From Promethearchaeia archaeon (lineage in GTDB: Archaea; Asgardarchaeota; Lokiarchaeia; Sigyniarchaeales; SOKP01): a DNA stretch of 64,000 bases. Under the pieces are notes generated by a model. The model worked only from the letters and a program-made list of their open reading frames with translations, made no database searches and was not told where the DNA came from. Below are positions 28,702 through 38,068 of this stretch, piece by piece; position 1 is the stretch's first letter, and the number at the start of each line of letters is the position of its first letter. A program made the position numbers and the translations under genes. The stretch is from assembly GCA_029856105.1 (NCBI GenBank), contig JAHQWH010000226.1:1-64000 (forward strand). Direction: 5' to 3'.

Positions 28702-30216
28702 TTAAATTAATTCAAACCAATTAGGGTCGATCGAGTTAAGGGCAAACTCAATTTCTTTCTTCACTTTCCAATCGTCGTCCCATAGCGATTTAGCTAACCA
28801 TTTTAAAGCTTCTTTATCTCCTATTTGACCCAAAGCTTTTGCCACAGCAATCCGCATCTTAGGGTCTTTGTCTTCTAACAGTGTTATAAAGGGAGTTATA
28901 TCGCTAATATTTTCCAGTTTTCCTAATGACATCGCGATCCAACTTCGGATAAATATATCTTTATCTCCCATTAATCCAATTAAAGATTCGGTAGACTTAT
29001 CATTACCAATTTTTATTAAAAGTTTAACTGCTGCTCTTCTTGTTTTCCAGTTTAAATCGTTTGTTAAAATTTTTGCGCTTTCAATTACCTTTTCGTTCCC
29101 AAACTTTGATAACGCTTCAATTACTGCGTCCCTTACATTATTATCATTATCATTTAATAAACTAAAAAGCGGTTCGATTAAATTTTCGTCACCAATTTCT
29201 CCGATAACCCTTGCACAAAAACTCCTAATTTTCCATTCTTTCGCGTTCAAACCCTCGATAATTTGAGTTGGAATAGTATCATTATAAATATTTAAAATTG
29301 CTTTATACGCTAACCTTCGCAATTTCGCGTCTTTACTGTTAAATGTTCTTATAAGATAATCGATAGAATTCTTATCCTCTAATAAGCTCAACAATTTTAT
29401 CGCTTCCCTTCTAGAGATAATATTTCGTTGGTTTAAAATTTCGTAGATTTTATCGTATGGTGGTTGGTTTGAAAAAATTGAGAATAAAGTTCGCACAGAT
29501 AATTTTCGAATTTCAGGATTTTTTTCTTCTAAAAATTTAATTAAATGTGGAATAGCCCTTTTACTTTTTATAGTGCCTAATGCTTTGATTGCTGATTTTT
29601 TTACGCGTAAGTCTTCGTCGCTTAAAGCGTTCAGAATAAACTTTGCGTCTTTTAATTGAAGTAAATTTTCTAACCCTTTGATTGAATTCTTACGGATTAA
29701 TGAGTCTTCGTGTTTTACTAATTCTTTTAAGTTCTCAATGCACTCTTCACTGCCAATCTTTCCTAATATATATGGGATCGATCTTTTAATATGAATATTT
29801 CCTTCGTTTATGTACTCTAATATTGAATCAAGGTTATTTTCTTTCCCAATTTTAATAATAGAAGCAAGCACGATCCCTTTGATCTCTAAAGAGGGGTTCT
29901 GAAGCATGTCTAACAAAGGGTTTAAGGCTATGGTTGCTTTTGCTTTTCCCAAAGCTATCACAGATGCTTTTCTTGACTCAATATTATTGTCTGTAAGAGC
30001 TTTGATTAATAATTGGATGGAAATGTCGTTTATATTTTTCCCGGCAACATCGATTATTTTTTTTCTTACTTTTCCATCGCTTTCGCTTTTATACTGAGAT
30101 AATAGAAATTCTAGCCCTTCTTTTTTAAAATGCAGAGACACCGATTCGATTAATTGTATTTTTTTCAGAGGAACTGTCTCTTTTAGGTATGAACTTTTAA
30201 GTTCTTGAAAATTCAT
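28702..30216 (-). CDS. HEAT-repeat (PBS lyase-like) solenoid protein
   Basis: More than 10 repeats of L.D.D..VR..A..ALG.IG. Confidence 0.9.
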   Translation of the reverse strand: MNFQELKSSYLKETVPLKKIQLIESVSLHFKKEGLEFLLSQYKSESDGKVRKKIIDVAGKNINDISIQLLIKALTDNNIESRKASVIALGKAKATIALNPLLDMLQNPSLEIKGIVLASIIKIGKENNLDSILEYINEGNIHIKRSIPYILGKIGSEECIENLKELVKHEDSLIRKNSIKGLENLLQLKDAKFILNALSDEDLRVKKSAIKALGTIKSKRAIPHLIKFLEEKNPEIRKLSVRTLFSIFSNQPPYDKIYEILNQRNIISRREAIKLLSLLEDKNSIDYLIRTFNSKDAKLRRLAYKAILNIYNDTIPTQIIEGLNAKEWKIRSFCARVIGEIGDENLIEPLFSLLNDNDNNVRDAVIEALSKFGNEKVIESAKILTNDLNWKTRRAAVKLLIKIGNDKSTESLIGLMGDKDIFIRSWIAMSLGKLENISDITPFITLLEDKDPKMRIAVAKALGQIGDKEALKWLAKSLWDDDWKVKKEIEFALNSIDPNWFELI

Positions 30217-30416
30217 AAATCACAACTCCTAATTAGTTTAACAAAAGTTTAAAGATTTAGATAAAAAAGTCTAAATGGATTATAGGTTAAGGATTTTTAA
30301 TATTAATGAAATACAAAAGTTTGTTTAAATTAATCAACTTAAATTTAATTTTAGTAAATTAAAATTAAATATGAAAGATTATAATAAAACATTCAAATTA
30401 ACGATTAGAATTAATC

Positions 30417-31181
30417 ATGTCGAAGAATCTAGCAATATATACTAAAAATCTTACGAAGAATTATGGAAAATTATGCGCTGTAAATAATATAAACTTAAAA
30501 ATCCCTTATGGAACAACTTACGGATTACTAGGTCCAAATGGAGCAGGCAAAACTACAACTGTTAAGATGTTAAATTCAATAATAAAACCTTCATCTGGAG
30601 ATGCTGAAGTTATGGGGTTTAACATCGTATCGCAAAGACAGAAAGTAAAATTAAATTGTGGGTTTTTATCAGAATCGCCAAGTATATATGAAAAATTAAC
30701 CGCAAGGGAATTTTTAGAATTTGTAGGTGAATTATATAACTTACCTAAAAATTTAATCAACTCGCGAATTGATGAATTCTTAAAAATATTTGATTTAAAA
30801 AAAAGAGAAAATCATCTTTTAGAAGGATATTCTAGAGGAATGAAACAGAAAGTCTGTTTATGTGCTACATTAATACACGATCCCAAAATTCTATTTTTTG
30901 ATGAGCCTACAGCAAATTTAGATCCTATTGCAGCTAGAATTGTTAAAAATATTATTTTAGATTTAGTAAAAAAGGCAAATAAAACCCTCTTTATTTGTAC
31001 TCACTTACTCGATATTGCTAAAGAACTATGTGACGTTATTGGAATTATTGATAAAGGGGTTTTAATAATTGAAGGAAGTCCAAAAGAGGTGATAGATTCG
31101 GTAAATGCTAGTAATTTAGAAGATGCATATATAAAAATAATGAAACCCGTTGATAATAAAGATTACTTAGCATGGAGATGA
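30417..31181 (+). CDS. ABC transporter ATP-binding protein (ABC-2/DrrA type)
   Basis: GPNGAGKTT, YSRGMKQK, FFDEPT, H-loop. Confidence 0.95.
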   Translation: MSKNLAIYTKNLTKNYGKLCAVNNINLKIPYGTTYGLLGPNGAGKTTTVKMLNSIIKPSSGDAEVMGFNIVSQRQKVKLNCGFLSESPSIYEKLTAREFLEFVGELYNLPKNLINSRIDEFLKIFDLKKRENHLLEGYSRGMKQKVCLCATLIHDPKILFFDEPTANLDPIAARIVKNIILDLVKKANKTLFICTHLLDIAKELCDVIGIIDKGVLIIEGSPKEVIDSVNASNLEDAYIKIMKPVDNKDYLAWR

Positions 31182-31231
31182 AAACTCTTGATACCTAAAA
31201 TAAATTATACCAAAAGTTAAGAAGGAAAATT

Positions 31232-32884
31232 ATGAGCCTTTGGATAATAATAGCAAAAAATGAGATTAGAATAAAAACAGCTAAATTTAGATCTCATAGA
31301 AACTTATTTTTCGTCATAATTTATGCTATCTTCATTTTTTGGGCAACATATTTGGGACCTGTGATTTTTGATGCTATATTACCAGACTTTTTACTAGCAC
31401 TTTCAGGTGTTCTTGAATTTGTTCTTCATTTTGTAATTGAAGTTTCTTTAACGACTATTTTTGTAATGATGATACTATATCCCATTTTTTTACTTTTTAG
31501 AAAATCGGAAATTGGAGTTAAAGATGTAATATTAGCTTCACCAGCAAAATCGGGTGATATCTTCCTTGGAGAATTTGTTGGGCAGTTGCCATTTTATTTT
31601 CTAATTGTTTTAGCAATAGGACCTGCGGTAGTAAGCTTATTAGGGCAAGCAAACCCCCAATTGACAATCCTACATTACCTTATTATCTATTTAGTAATCT
31701 TTTTAATGATGAACTTTAGTTTAATAATTGGAACCATTATAGCTAATTGGATTGAATTTAAATTATCATCAAACAAAAAAATTAAAGATTCAAGTAATTC
31801 TGTACTTCTATTGCTTTCATTTATTGTAATCATTTCCTTTTATCTATTCCACTATATATTTTATTTTGTTTATGAGGATCCGGTTCTTAAAAATTGGATA
31901 TCGATTTTCCCTTCTTTTTGGTATTCAAATATAATTTTATATCTTGTTAATCCATTGCTTATTGAATCTTACGTAATAAATATATGGTTAAGCGTAGGAT
32001 TAGCAATCGGAATTCCTATGCTCATACTCTATTTTTCATACAAAAAAGCTGAAAAATTTTATAGCATTGATCTTCAATCTGAAAAGAAACTATTGGTTGT
32101 TAAAACAGAAGGATTTATTTTAAAATTTATAAAGAAGATTACCTTAAAAAAATACAAAGTATTGGTAATGGTTCAATTTAAAAATTTCTTAAGAAAAAAA
32201 GAAAATATTACAAAACTAATCTATTCAGTTGCATTTACTGGCGTATTGGGGCTTTTCATTTCTCTATCTTTAGATAATCCAATTACAGAAATAGAAGAGT
32301 TTCCATTACTTGGAATTGTTTCAATACCAGTAGAATATTTTAGCGTATTAGTAATTATCATTATAGCGTGGATGGGTGGTTTAATCTTTGGTATGATGAT
32401 GGGGATTAGTGTCATATTTGATTCAAAAAACATTCTTTATCTCTATAAAAAGTCAATAAGAGGCGTCCATGCTTCAATATTTGCCTTTTTATACCAAATG
32501 GCGTTTTTAATATTATTTTACGATATTATTTTAACGATTTTTTTCACTTTATTATTTGCTTTCAATATCTACAATGTTGTTCTTTTTTTCTGTATATATT
32601 TTATTTATTGTTTCATAGTTCTTATCCAAGTAGTTGGATTACAGTGCATTAGACCTTTTTTTGACGAACGTGGGAAACAAATATACTTTAAAATCTATTT
32701 TATTTTTGTCTTACAATTTATTTCATTACTTATTTCGCTATTTATTAACATTCCTTTATTGCCTATTGTTGTTGATTATTCTCTAGGATTTCTGTATATA
32801 CTCTTAACCAATATTGGAATATCATCGATAATTGCATTTCTCATGCTTTCCATAGGAATCTTTAAATTAAATAGAACCGATTAA
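31232..32884 (+). CDS. Putative ABC exporter permease
   Basis: About 12 TM segments in two halves; directly follows the ABC ATPase. Confidence 0.75.
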   Translation: MSLWIIIAKNEIRIKTAKFRSHRNLFFVIIYAIFIFWATYLGPVIFDAILPDFLLALSGVLEFVLHFVIEVSLTTIFVMMILYPIFLLFRKSEIGVKDVILASPAKSGDIFLGEFVGQLPFYFLIVLAIGPAVVSLLGQANPQLTILHYLIIYLVIFLMMNFSLIIGTIIANWIEFKLSSNKKIKDSSNSVLLLLSFIVIISFYLFHYIFYFVYEDPVLKNWISIFPSFWYSNIILYLVNPLLIESYVINIWLSVGLAIGIPMLILYFSYKKAEKFYSIDLQSEKKLLVVKTEGFILKFIKKITLKKYKVLVMVQFKNFLRKKENITKLIYSVAFTGVLGLFISLSLDNPITEIEEFPLLGIVSIPVEYFSVLVIIIIAWMGGLIFGMMMGISVIFDSKNILYLYKKSIRGVHASIFAFLYQMAFLILFYDIILTIFFTLLFAFNIYNVVLFFCIYFIYCFIVLIQVVGLQCIRPFFDERGKQIYFKIYFIFVLQFISLLISLFINIPLLPIVVDYSLGFLYILLTNIGISSIIAFLMLSIGIFKLNRTD

Positions 32885-33171
32885 TTCCTTTCTAAATCCC
32901 TTATAGACTTAAAGTACTTACTTAAGAATCTATAGATGTAATTTATTATTAAAGGTATAAATATAATCGTAAAACCAATAGGATTTAAAAAGATAAAAGA
33001 TACGACCGAAAAAAGGATTTCATATGGGCCCATGAGAAACAGTGAAATAACGACGTAGAATAAAATAACTAAACCAAATATTATAAAAAAGAAATCTGCT
33101 TTAATTGAGACTAGAAGCATTAAAAGAATAAGTAAAAAAATCAAGGAATTAAAAAAGTCCATATTACTCAA
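32881..33171 (-). CDS. Small membrane protein
   Basis: Hydrophobic 96-aa ORF filling the gap; start uncertain. Confidence 0.5.
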   Translation of the reverse strand: MSNMDFFNSLIFLLILLMLLVSIKADFFFIIFGLVILFYVVISLFLMGPYEILFSVVSFIFLNPIGFTIIFIPLIINYIYRFLSKYFKSIRDLERN

Positions 33172-33220
33172 TTTTTATATTTGATAATAATAAAATAAAA
33201 AAAAGTTAAAATTTTAAATT

Positions 33221-34090
33221 TTAAATATGCTTCTTTCGTTTTATGTAAACTATCGCGAGAACGGTTACAATCGAGACGCCTATAATAGTGACTATTTCAT
33301 ATCCAGGTATTAAGTCATTACTTGGTACTAATTGGATGGATACAAGTACTAAACCACCATATACTAACGAACCATATTCAAAAACACCATTACTGTTCCA
33401 TCTAACATTGAATTCAACATCACTCAATGTAAAATTAAAAGGCATTTCGGTCATATTTATCGAGGCTTCTAAATAGCTCGTTTTAAGCGTAACCTTGAAT
33501 CCAGTCCCTTGAGTTTGAACGGTTATGTTCCCATTCAAATACGGATCAGCAGCAATGTTTGTACTCACCCAATTGGTAAACATGGTATAATTAAACCCTT
33601 TAGCCATTATTAAAGGTACTCCACCAAAACCAGCCATTATGGTAGTTTCGTTTAAGCTATTAGGATCGTATATCGTTACTGCTGTACTATTAGCAACCGA
33701 TGTCCAATTGTTATGTCCTGCAGATGTATAAATATCCATGGTTAAACTTGATCCAAATATTCCGGGTGCGAATGTTATCTCATCAGAAACATTTTTGACG
33801 ACAGCTTTTATGCCAGCTCCTGCAAAAGAACCTAAATCCATTCCTGTGTCATTTTCATACAGTTCTACAAGCATGTTATATGCAATTGTCCAATTTTCTT
33901 CGCCAATTAACGCAATAGCAGTTGTATTTACATTTACCATATTAACTGAAGGGACCCATACAAATTCGTCTCCTTTTGCCACTCCTACATAACTAGGAGG
34001 AGCTGCCATAGAAGTATTTACAAATGATAAAAGGATCAATGTACTCAATAATGCGAAAGCTAATTTCTCTTTTCTTTTCATTTTTACCAC
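33221..34090 (-). CDS. Secreted surface protein with Loki-CTERM-type anchor
   Basis: Signal peptide; YVGVAKGDEFVW module; C-terminal IPGYEIVTIIGVSIVTVLAIVYIKRKK. Confidence 0.8.
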   Translation of the reverse strand: MVKMKRKEKLAFALLSTLILLSFVNTSMAAPPSYVGVAKGDEFVWVPSVNMVNVNTTAIALIGEENWTIAYNMLVELYENDTGMDLGSFAGAGIKAVVKNVSDEITFAPGIFGSSLTMDIYTSAGHNNWTSVANSTAVTIYDPNSLNETTIMAGFGGVPLIMAKGFNYTMFTNWVSTNIAADPYLNGNITVQTQGTGFKVTLKTSYLEASINMTEMPFNFTLSDVEFNVRWNSNGVFEYGSLVYGGLVLVSIQLVPSNDLIPGYEIVTIIGVSIVTVLAIVYIKRKKHI

Positions 34091-34241
34091 ACAAATTATT
34101 AATTTTTATAGTTGAGTAAAAAAACTTTTTATAAAACATATAATAAATGAGCTATATAAACTTCTAGATTAGCAATAAAAAATATTAAGCTAATTGGCTA
34201 ACTTCTATCCATTATAAAAGAAAAGTAAAAAAAATAAAGAT

Positions 34242-34508
34242 TTATGAGCTGATCAATTGAAAGAGAATGTTTGCGTGTGGTATAAAGAATTGGTCTTTGG
34301 TTTTTATCACCACAGTATGAAAGTATTCAGCCAAACCTAAGAATCCACGAATTACAGATTCGTCTTCCTCAAATTTAAACACAACCTTCGCTATGGCCGC
34401 ACTACCACTAAAAGTGACTTTATCGTAAACCCGCTCATCGATCAATGGAATTTTTAACTCATTTACAATTTCATAAACTCGTTTAATAAAGAGTTCTCGC
34501 TTTGGAAT
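34242..34508 (-). CDS. Small hypothetical protein (88 aa if started at ATT 34508)
   Basis: Frame is open upstream of the track start (34445) as (I)PKRELFIKRVYEIVNELKIPLIDERVY; AGGTG SD-like motif precedes the ATT. Confidence 0.65.
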   Translation of the reverse strand: MPKRELFIKRVYEIVNELKIPLIDERVYDKVTFSGSAAIAKVVFKFEEDESVIRGFLGLAEYFHTVVIKTKDQFFIPHANILFQLISS

Positions 34509-34803
34509 ACTTTAACACCTATGCATTATTAAATAATAATTATTAAATTTTCAAATGAAATATGATATATAATATTATAAGATTTGACACTTTTAATTGT
34601 TTTTTTTTTATAGAGTTCAAGAAAATCGAATAAATAAATCTAACAAAAGAAAGTTCAATCATTTATATTTTTTCGATATACCTATATTCAAGTATTATAA
34701 AAAATTAAAAATAAAAATATAAATTAATATAATACAATTACTACTTTAATAATAATAAATTATTCTACTTATAATAGAAAAAAATTAGAGGAATGATTGA
34801 ATA

Positions 34804-35505
34804 TTGGTTTCTAAGGAATACAAAAAGATAGAGCGCGTCGTTAATTTTATGAAAAAAGGTTTACAATCATTAAGTGACGATCTAGAAGACACAGTTAGCG
34901 GAATAAACGATTTTATAAAATCGTTAAATAAAGCGTTAAAGGATTTGAAAGATGTTTCATTAAAACCAGAGGTTCAAACTGTTAGTAGTTCCTCTAAACA
35001 AATTGTTGCTCCAGCAAGTGGAACGGCAAAGACTGCTGCTGCGAGCACATTATTTAGTTTACTTAGCGGTAGTTCCGGACCCGTTCAACAAGCACCCGCT
35101 GCTACTACAGCTAGCTTAGCTCCTGCAATTGGTGTCCCTCCCAAGAAACCAGGAAAAAGGAGTCCTCCAACAGCTCCAGTAGCTGGAGGACCTCCAAAGA
35201 GACCCGTAAAGGGTGGCCCTCCAAGGGCTCCAGTGGGCGGCGCCCCTCCTAAGCGTGCTAATCTACCACCCGCTCCAAAATTACCTCCAACATCTGGTGG
35301 ACCTCCACAAGCTCCTAATGCGGGAGTTGTTCAAGCACCATCATTTGCTAAAAGACCTGCACCTCCCGCCGCGCCCGTAGCAGGTGCCCCCCCTCGACCC
35401 GCAGTGCCCGTAGCAGCACCTAGCGCAGGAGGCGGCTTGAGTTCTTTACGTGATGAAATGTTAGAAGAGTTAAATCGCCTGAAGAAAATAATGAGAGGCG
35501 AATAA
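34804..35505 (+). CDS. Coiled-coil / proline-rich protein with C-terminal WH2-like or VASP-tetramerisation-like helix
   Basis: N-terminal heptad helix; GGPP/APP-rich middle; ends GGGLSSLRDEMLEELNRLKKIMRGE. Confidence 0.8.
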   Translation: MVSKEYKKIERVVNFMKKGLQSLSDDLEDTVSGINDFIKSLNKALKDLKDVSLKPEVQTVSSSSKQIVAPASGTAKTAAASTLFSLLSGSSGPVQQAPAATTASLAPAIGVPPKKPGKRSPPTAPVAGGPPKRPVKGGPPRAPVGGAPPKRANLPPAPKLPPTSGGPPQAPNAGVVQAPSFAKRPAPPAAPVAGAPPRPAVPVAAPSAGGGLSSLRDEMLEELNRLKKIMRGE

Positions 35506-35587
35506 AAACAATTAATTTCTCATAATTTTTTATTCTAACCACTATAATACGCAAAATTTTTAATCCTAAAACAAGAAGACATTACTT

Positions 35588-36334
35588 GTGGAGAGAAAAG
35601 ATTTTCTTGTAACTGAAAATGAAATTCCTATTGTTGTTCCTAAACGTTTAATGGTATTTGCGGGTCACCCAGATGACGAAATTGTTTCATGTGGTGGAAC
35701 AATTCTTAAATATCAAGCATTAGGCTCTGAAATCATTGTTGTAGTAGCTACAAGTGGGTTGGGTGGATACGCTAAAACGGCCCACAAGGAAGATATCTTA
35801 GAACAGCGAAAGCAAGAACTTGATTTAGTCCGAACTGCTTTAAAATGTAGAGTTATCGAATTAGGATACTCTGATTTGGAGGTTAAAAGAGAAATTATCT
35901 CTGAAGTGACAAATCTTATTAGAGACATCCGCCCTCAAGTGATTCTATTACCTCACTTCTCGGATTTTCATAGAGTTCATAGAACATTATCTTTAATTAC
36001 AAGAGAAGCTATTTATCATTGTTCGACGGGAAAAGCTTATGGAGGACACGAGAGGAACTGGACTCCGCTAGGAGCGTATTATTACGAATCTCCTTCTTGT
36101 AAATTTCAATATATAGAAGGTTCTGTCTTTATAATAGTCAATATTGAAAAATATTGGGTAGAAAAGAAAGAAATTTTTAATCGAGTTTATAAATCTCAGA
36201 AAGAAGTGTTAGAGCGAGTTTTGGATTGGGCAGAAGATACGTCAATTTTACGAGGTAACGAAATTAATTCAAAGTATGGAGAAGCTTATATTCCTATGAC
36301 AGAATACACTCCTTTGAAGATTTTATTAGTGTAA
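35588..36334 (+). CDS. PIG-L/LmbE family deacetylase
   Basis: GHPDDE..SCGGTI, R..E, IR..RP..ILLPH..D.H..H, Y.SQ, YGEAY. Confidence 0.9.
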   Translation: MERKDFLVTENEIPIVVPKRLMVFAGHPDDEIVSCGGTILKYQALGSEIIVVVATSGLGGYAKTAHKEDILEQRKQELDLVRTALKCRVIELGYSDLEVKREIISEVTNLIRDIRPQVILLPHFSDFHRVHRTLSLITREAIYHCSTGKAYGGHERNWTPLGAYYYESPSCKFQYIEGSVFIIVNIEKYWVEKKEIFNRVYKSQKEVLERVLDWAEDTSILRGNEINSKYGEAYIPMTEYTPLKILLV

Positions 36335-36403
36335 AAATAGATAGGTTAATTGGAGAATTCAAATAAAGTTATATTAATTAAATATTGTATAATAATAGAA
36401 ATA

Positions 36404-37519
36404 ATGGGCAATCTTACTGTTGTTTTGGATATTGGGCAGTTCTCGACTAAGGCCGGGTATGCTGGGGAAGATATGCCAACTCAAATCTTTTTTACGATAG
36501 TAGGAAAACCTAAGTATAGACAGATCGATTACGAATACGCGGGTATTAAACAAGACGAATATTATGTAGGAGACGAAATCCAATCAATAGGCTTGTATAA
36601 AGTTTTTTATCCAATTGATAAAGGAATAATCCAGGACTGGCTGTCGTTTGAAAAAATAATTGATTACATTTTCTACAATTTGAGAGTTGATCCAAGTTTA
36701 GTCAACGTTTTATTCGCCGTCCACCCATTGTTTCCACACGGGGATATAAAACGGCTATTTGAATTATTTTTAGAAAACTACCAGTGCAACGCGTTTTATC
36801 CCGTTTTAGACTCTATGCTTACTTTATACGCGGGAGGATTTCAAACAGGGTTAGTGGTTGAAATAGGGGATAGTATCACGAGAATAGTGCCAATTTACGA
36901 GGGATACAAGTTAGATCATGCAGTAAGGATACTTGAGATTGGTGGAAGAACTTTAACCAAGTATATGGAAAAAATATTAGGTGAAAGTGGCTTTTCAGCT
37001 GACTCTTCAATTAGAAAAGAACTGGTAAGAGCCCTCAAAGAAAAAGCTTGCTTCGTCTCGCTCGATTATAAAGAAGATTTAAAAAGAGCTGAACAGTATG
37101 AAAAAGAGTATTCTTTACCGGATGGTTCTACCATTTCTTTGAGTAAAGAAAGATTTGCCGTGCCTGAGCTTTTTTTTAATCCATCATTAGAATTGGAAGA
37201 AGATTCTTTAACAGAGGCTATTATGGATGTAATCGACATGTGTGACGTCGATATCCGAGCAGACTTATTGAACAACATTTTTTTATCGGGAGGATCGTCT
37301 CTATTTCCGAATTTCAAATCTAGAATGTATCAAGAATTAGAATTTGAATTAGCACGGAGGAAAAAAAAGAACCAAATTATCAAAATAATAGCACCTAGGG
37401 AACGAGTATTCTCTGTTTGGGTTGGTGGTTCAATCTTAGCTACCATTCCTGAATTTCAAAGTAATTGGGTAACGCGTGCAAAATATTTTAAAGATGGTAT
37501 TCCTGAGAATCTTTTATAG
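36404..37519 (+). CDS. Asgard actin-related protein (divergent)
   Basis: VVLDIG..STKAGYAGED.P, YVGDE, YPI..GII.DW, GLVVEIGD, VPIYEGY, KEK.C.V.LDY, Y.LPDG, LSGGS, SVWVGGSILA; start placed at ATG 36404 to match the actin N-terminus. Confidence 0.95.
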   Translation: MGNLTVVLDIGQFSTKAGYAGEDMPTQIFFTIVGKPKYRQIDYEYAGIKQDEYYVGDEIQSIGLYKVFYPIDKGIIQDWLSFEKIIDYIFYNLRVDPSLVNVLFAVHPLFPHGDIKRLFELFLENYQCNAFYPVLDSMLTLYAGGFQTGLVVEIGDSITRIVPIYEGYKLDHAVRILEIGGRTLTKYMEKILGESGFSADSSIRKELVRALKEKACFVSLDYKEDLKRAEQYEKEYSLPDGSTISLSKERFAVPELFFNPSLELEEDSLTEAIMDVIDMCDVDIRADLLNNIFLSGGSSLFPNFKSRMYQELEFELARRKKKNQIIKIIAPRERVFSVWVGGSILATIPEFQSNWVTRAKYFKDGIPENLL

Positions 37520-37568
37520 TCGATAGTTCAAGATAGTCTGTACTCTTTTTTAATTGTATTTTTATGAT

Positions 37569-37620
37569 AAGCGTATTACAAGCGTATTACAATTTATTAA
37601 AACTATTACTTGGGTATTAT
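37569..37620 (+). promoter_or_regulatory. Tandem 11-bp repeat plus phased TATTA boxes; putative operator
   Basis: AAGCGTATTAC x2 (37569-37590); TATTA at 37574, 37585, 37595, 37604, 37615. Confidence 0.5.
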
Positions 37621-37643
37621 ATCTTAGTATAATATAATCTTAA

Positions 37644-38027
37644 GTGGTGTTTTTAAATATGGAATTAGGTCCTCCAAATAATAGTTTTGAACAAACTAAA
37701 ATCCTGAAAAAATATTACAAACCAGATTACTCTCAATTGTTTAATAAAATTAAAGAAATTAAAGCCCCTATCAAAAAAGAAATATTAATCGGGCTAATTG
37801 ATGGCGTTTGGCATTCGGAATTAGATTTAATAAGGATCGCAAAAAAACAACAAAGATACATGGGTGCCGTTACTCTTGGAACGATGATCCATTCTTTAAA
37901 TAACAGTTTAAAAAACGACTATGTTGAGAAGAAAGTCGTGAATGGAAAACTATTTTACAAAATTTCTGACAATTACGTAGGTCTAACTCGAGCTGCTTAT
38001 AACAAATATAATTTCAAAATGGATTAG
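37644..38027 (+). CDS. Small basic protein, probable winged helix-turn-helix
   Basis: Helices followed by a VEKKVVNGKLFYKI wing-like hairpin. Confidence 0.6.
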   Translation: MVFLNMELGPPNNSFEQTKILKKYYKPDYSQLFNKIKEIKAPIKKEILIGLIDGVWHSELDLIRIAKKQQRYMGAVTLGTMIHSLNNSLKNDYVEKKVVNGKLFYKISDNYVGLTRAAYNKYNFKMD

Positions 38028-38068
38028 TAGTAGTAAAATCTTTTTATCCTTATTCTTTTTTTTGATGC

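Noticed and set aside
35090-35440. GC-rich island suggesting an RNA gene or foreign DNA
   Set aside because: Explained by Pro/Ala/Gly codons of the proline-rich CDS
36350-36403. N-terminal extension of the actin-related protein
   Set aside because: TTG-started AT-rich stretch with no actin similarity; ATG 36404 matches the family start
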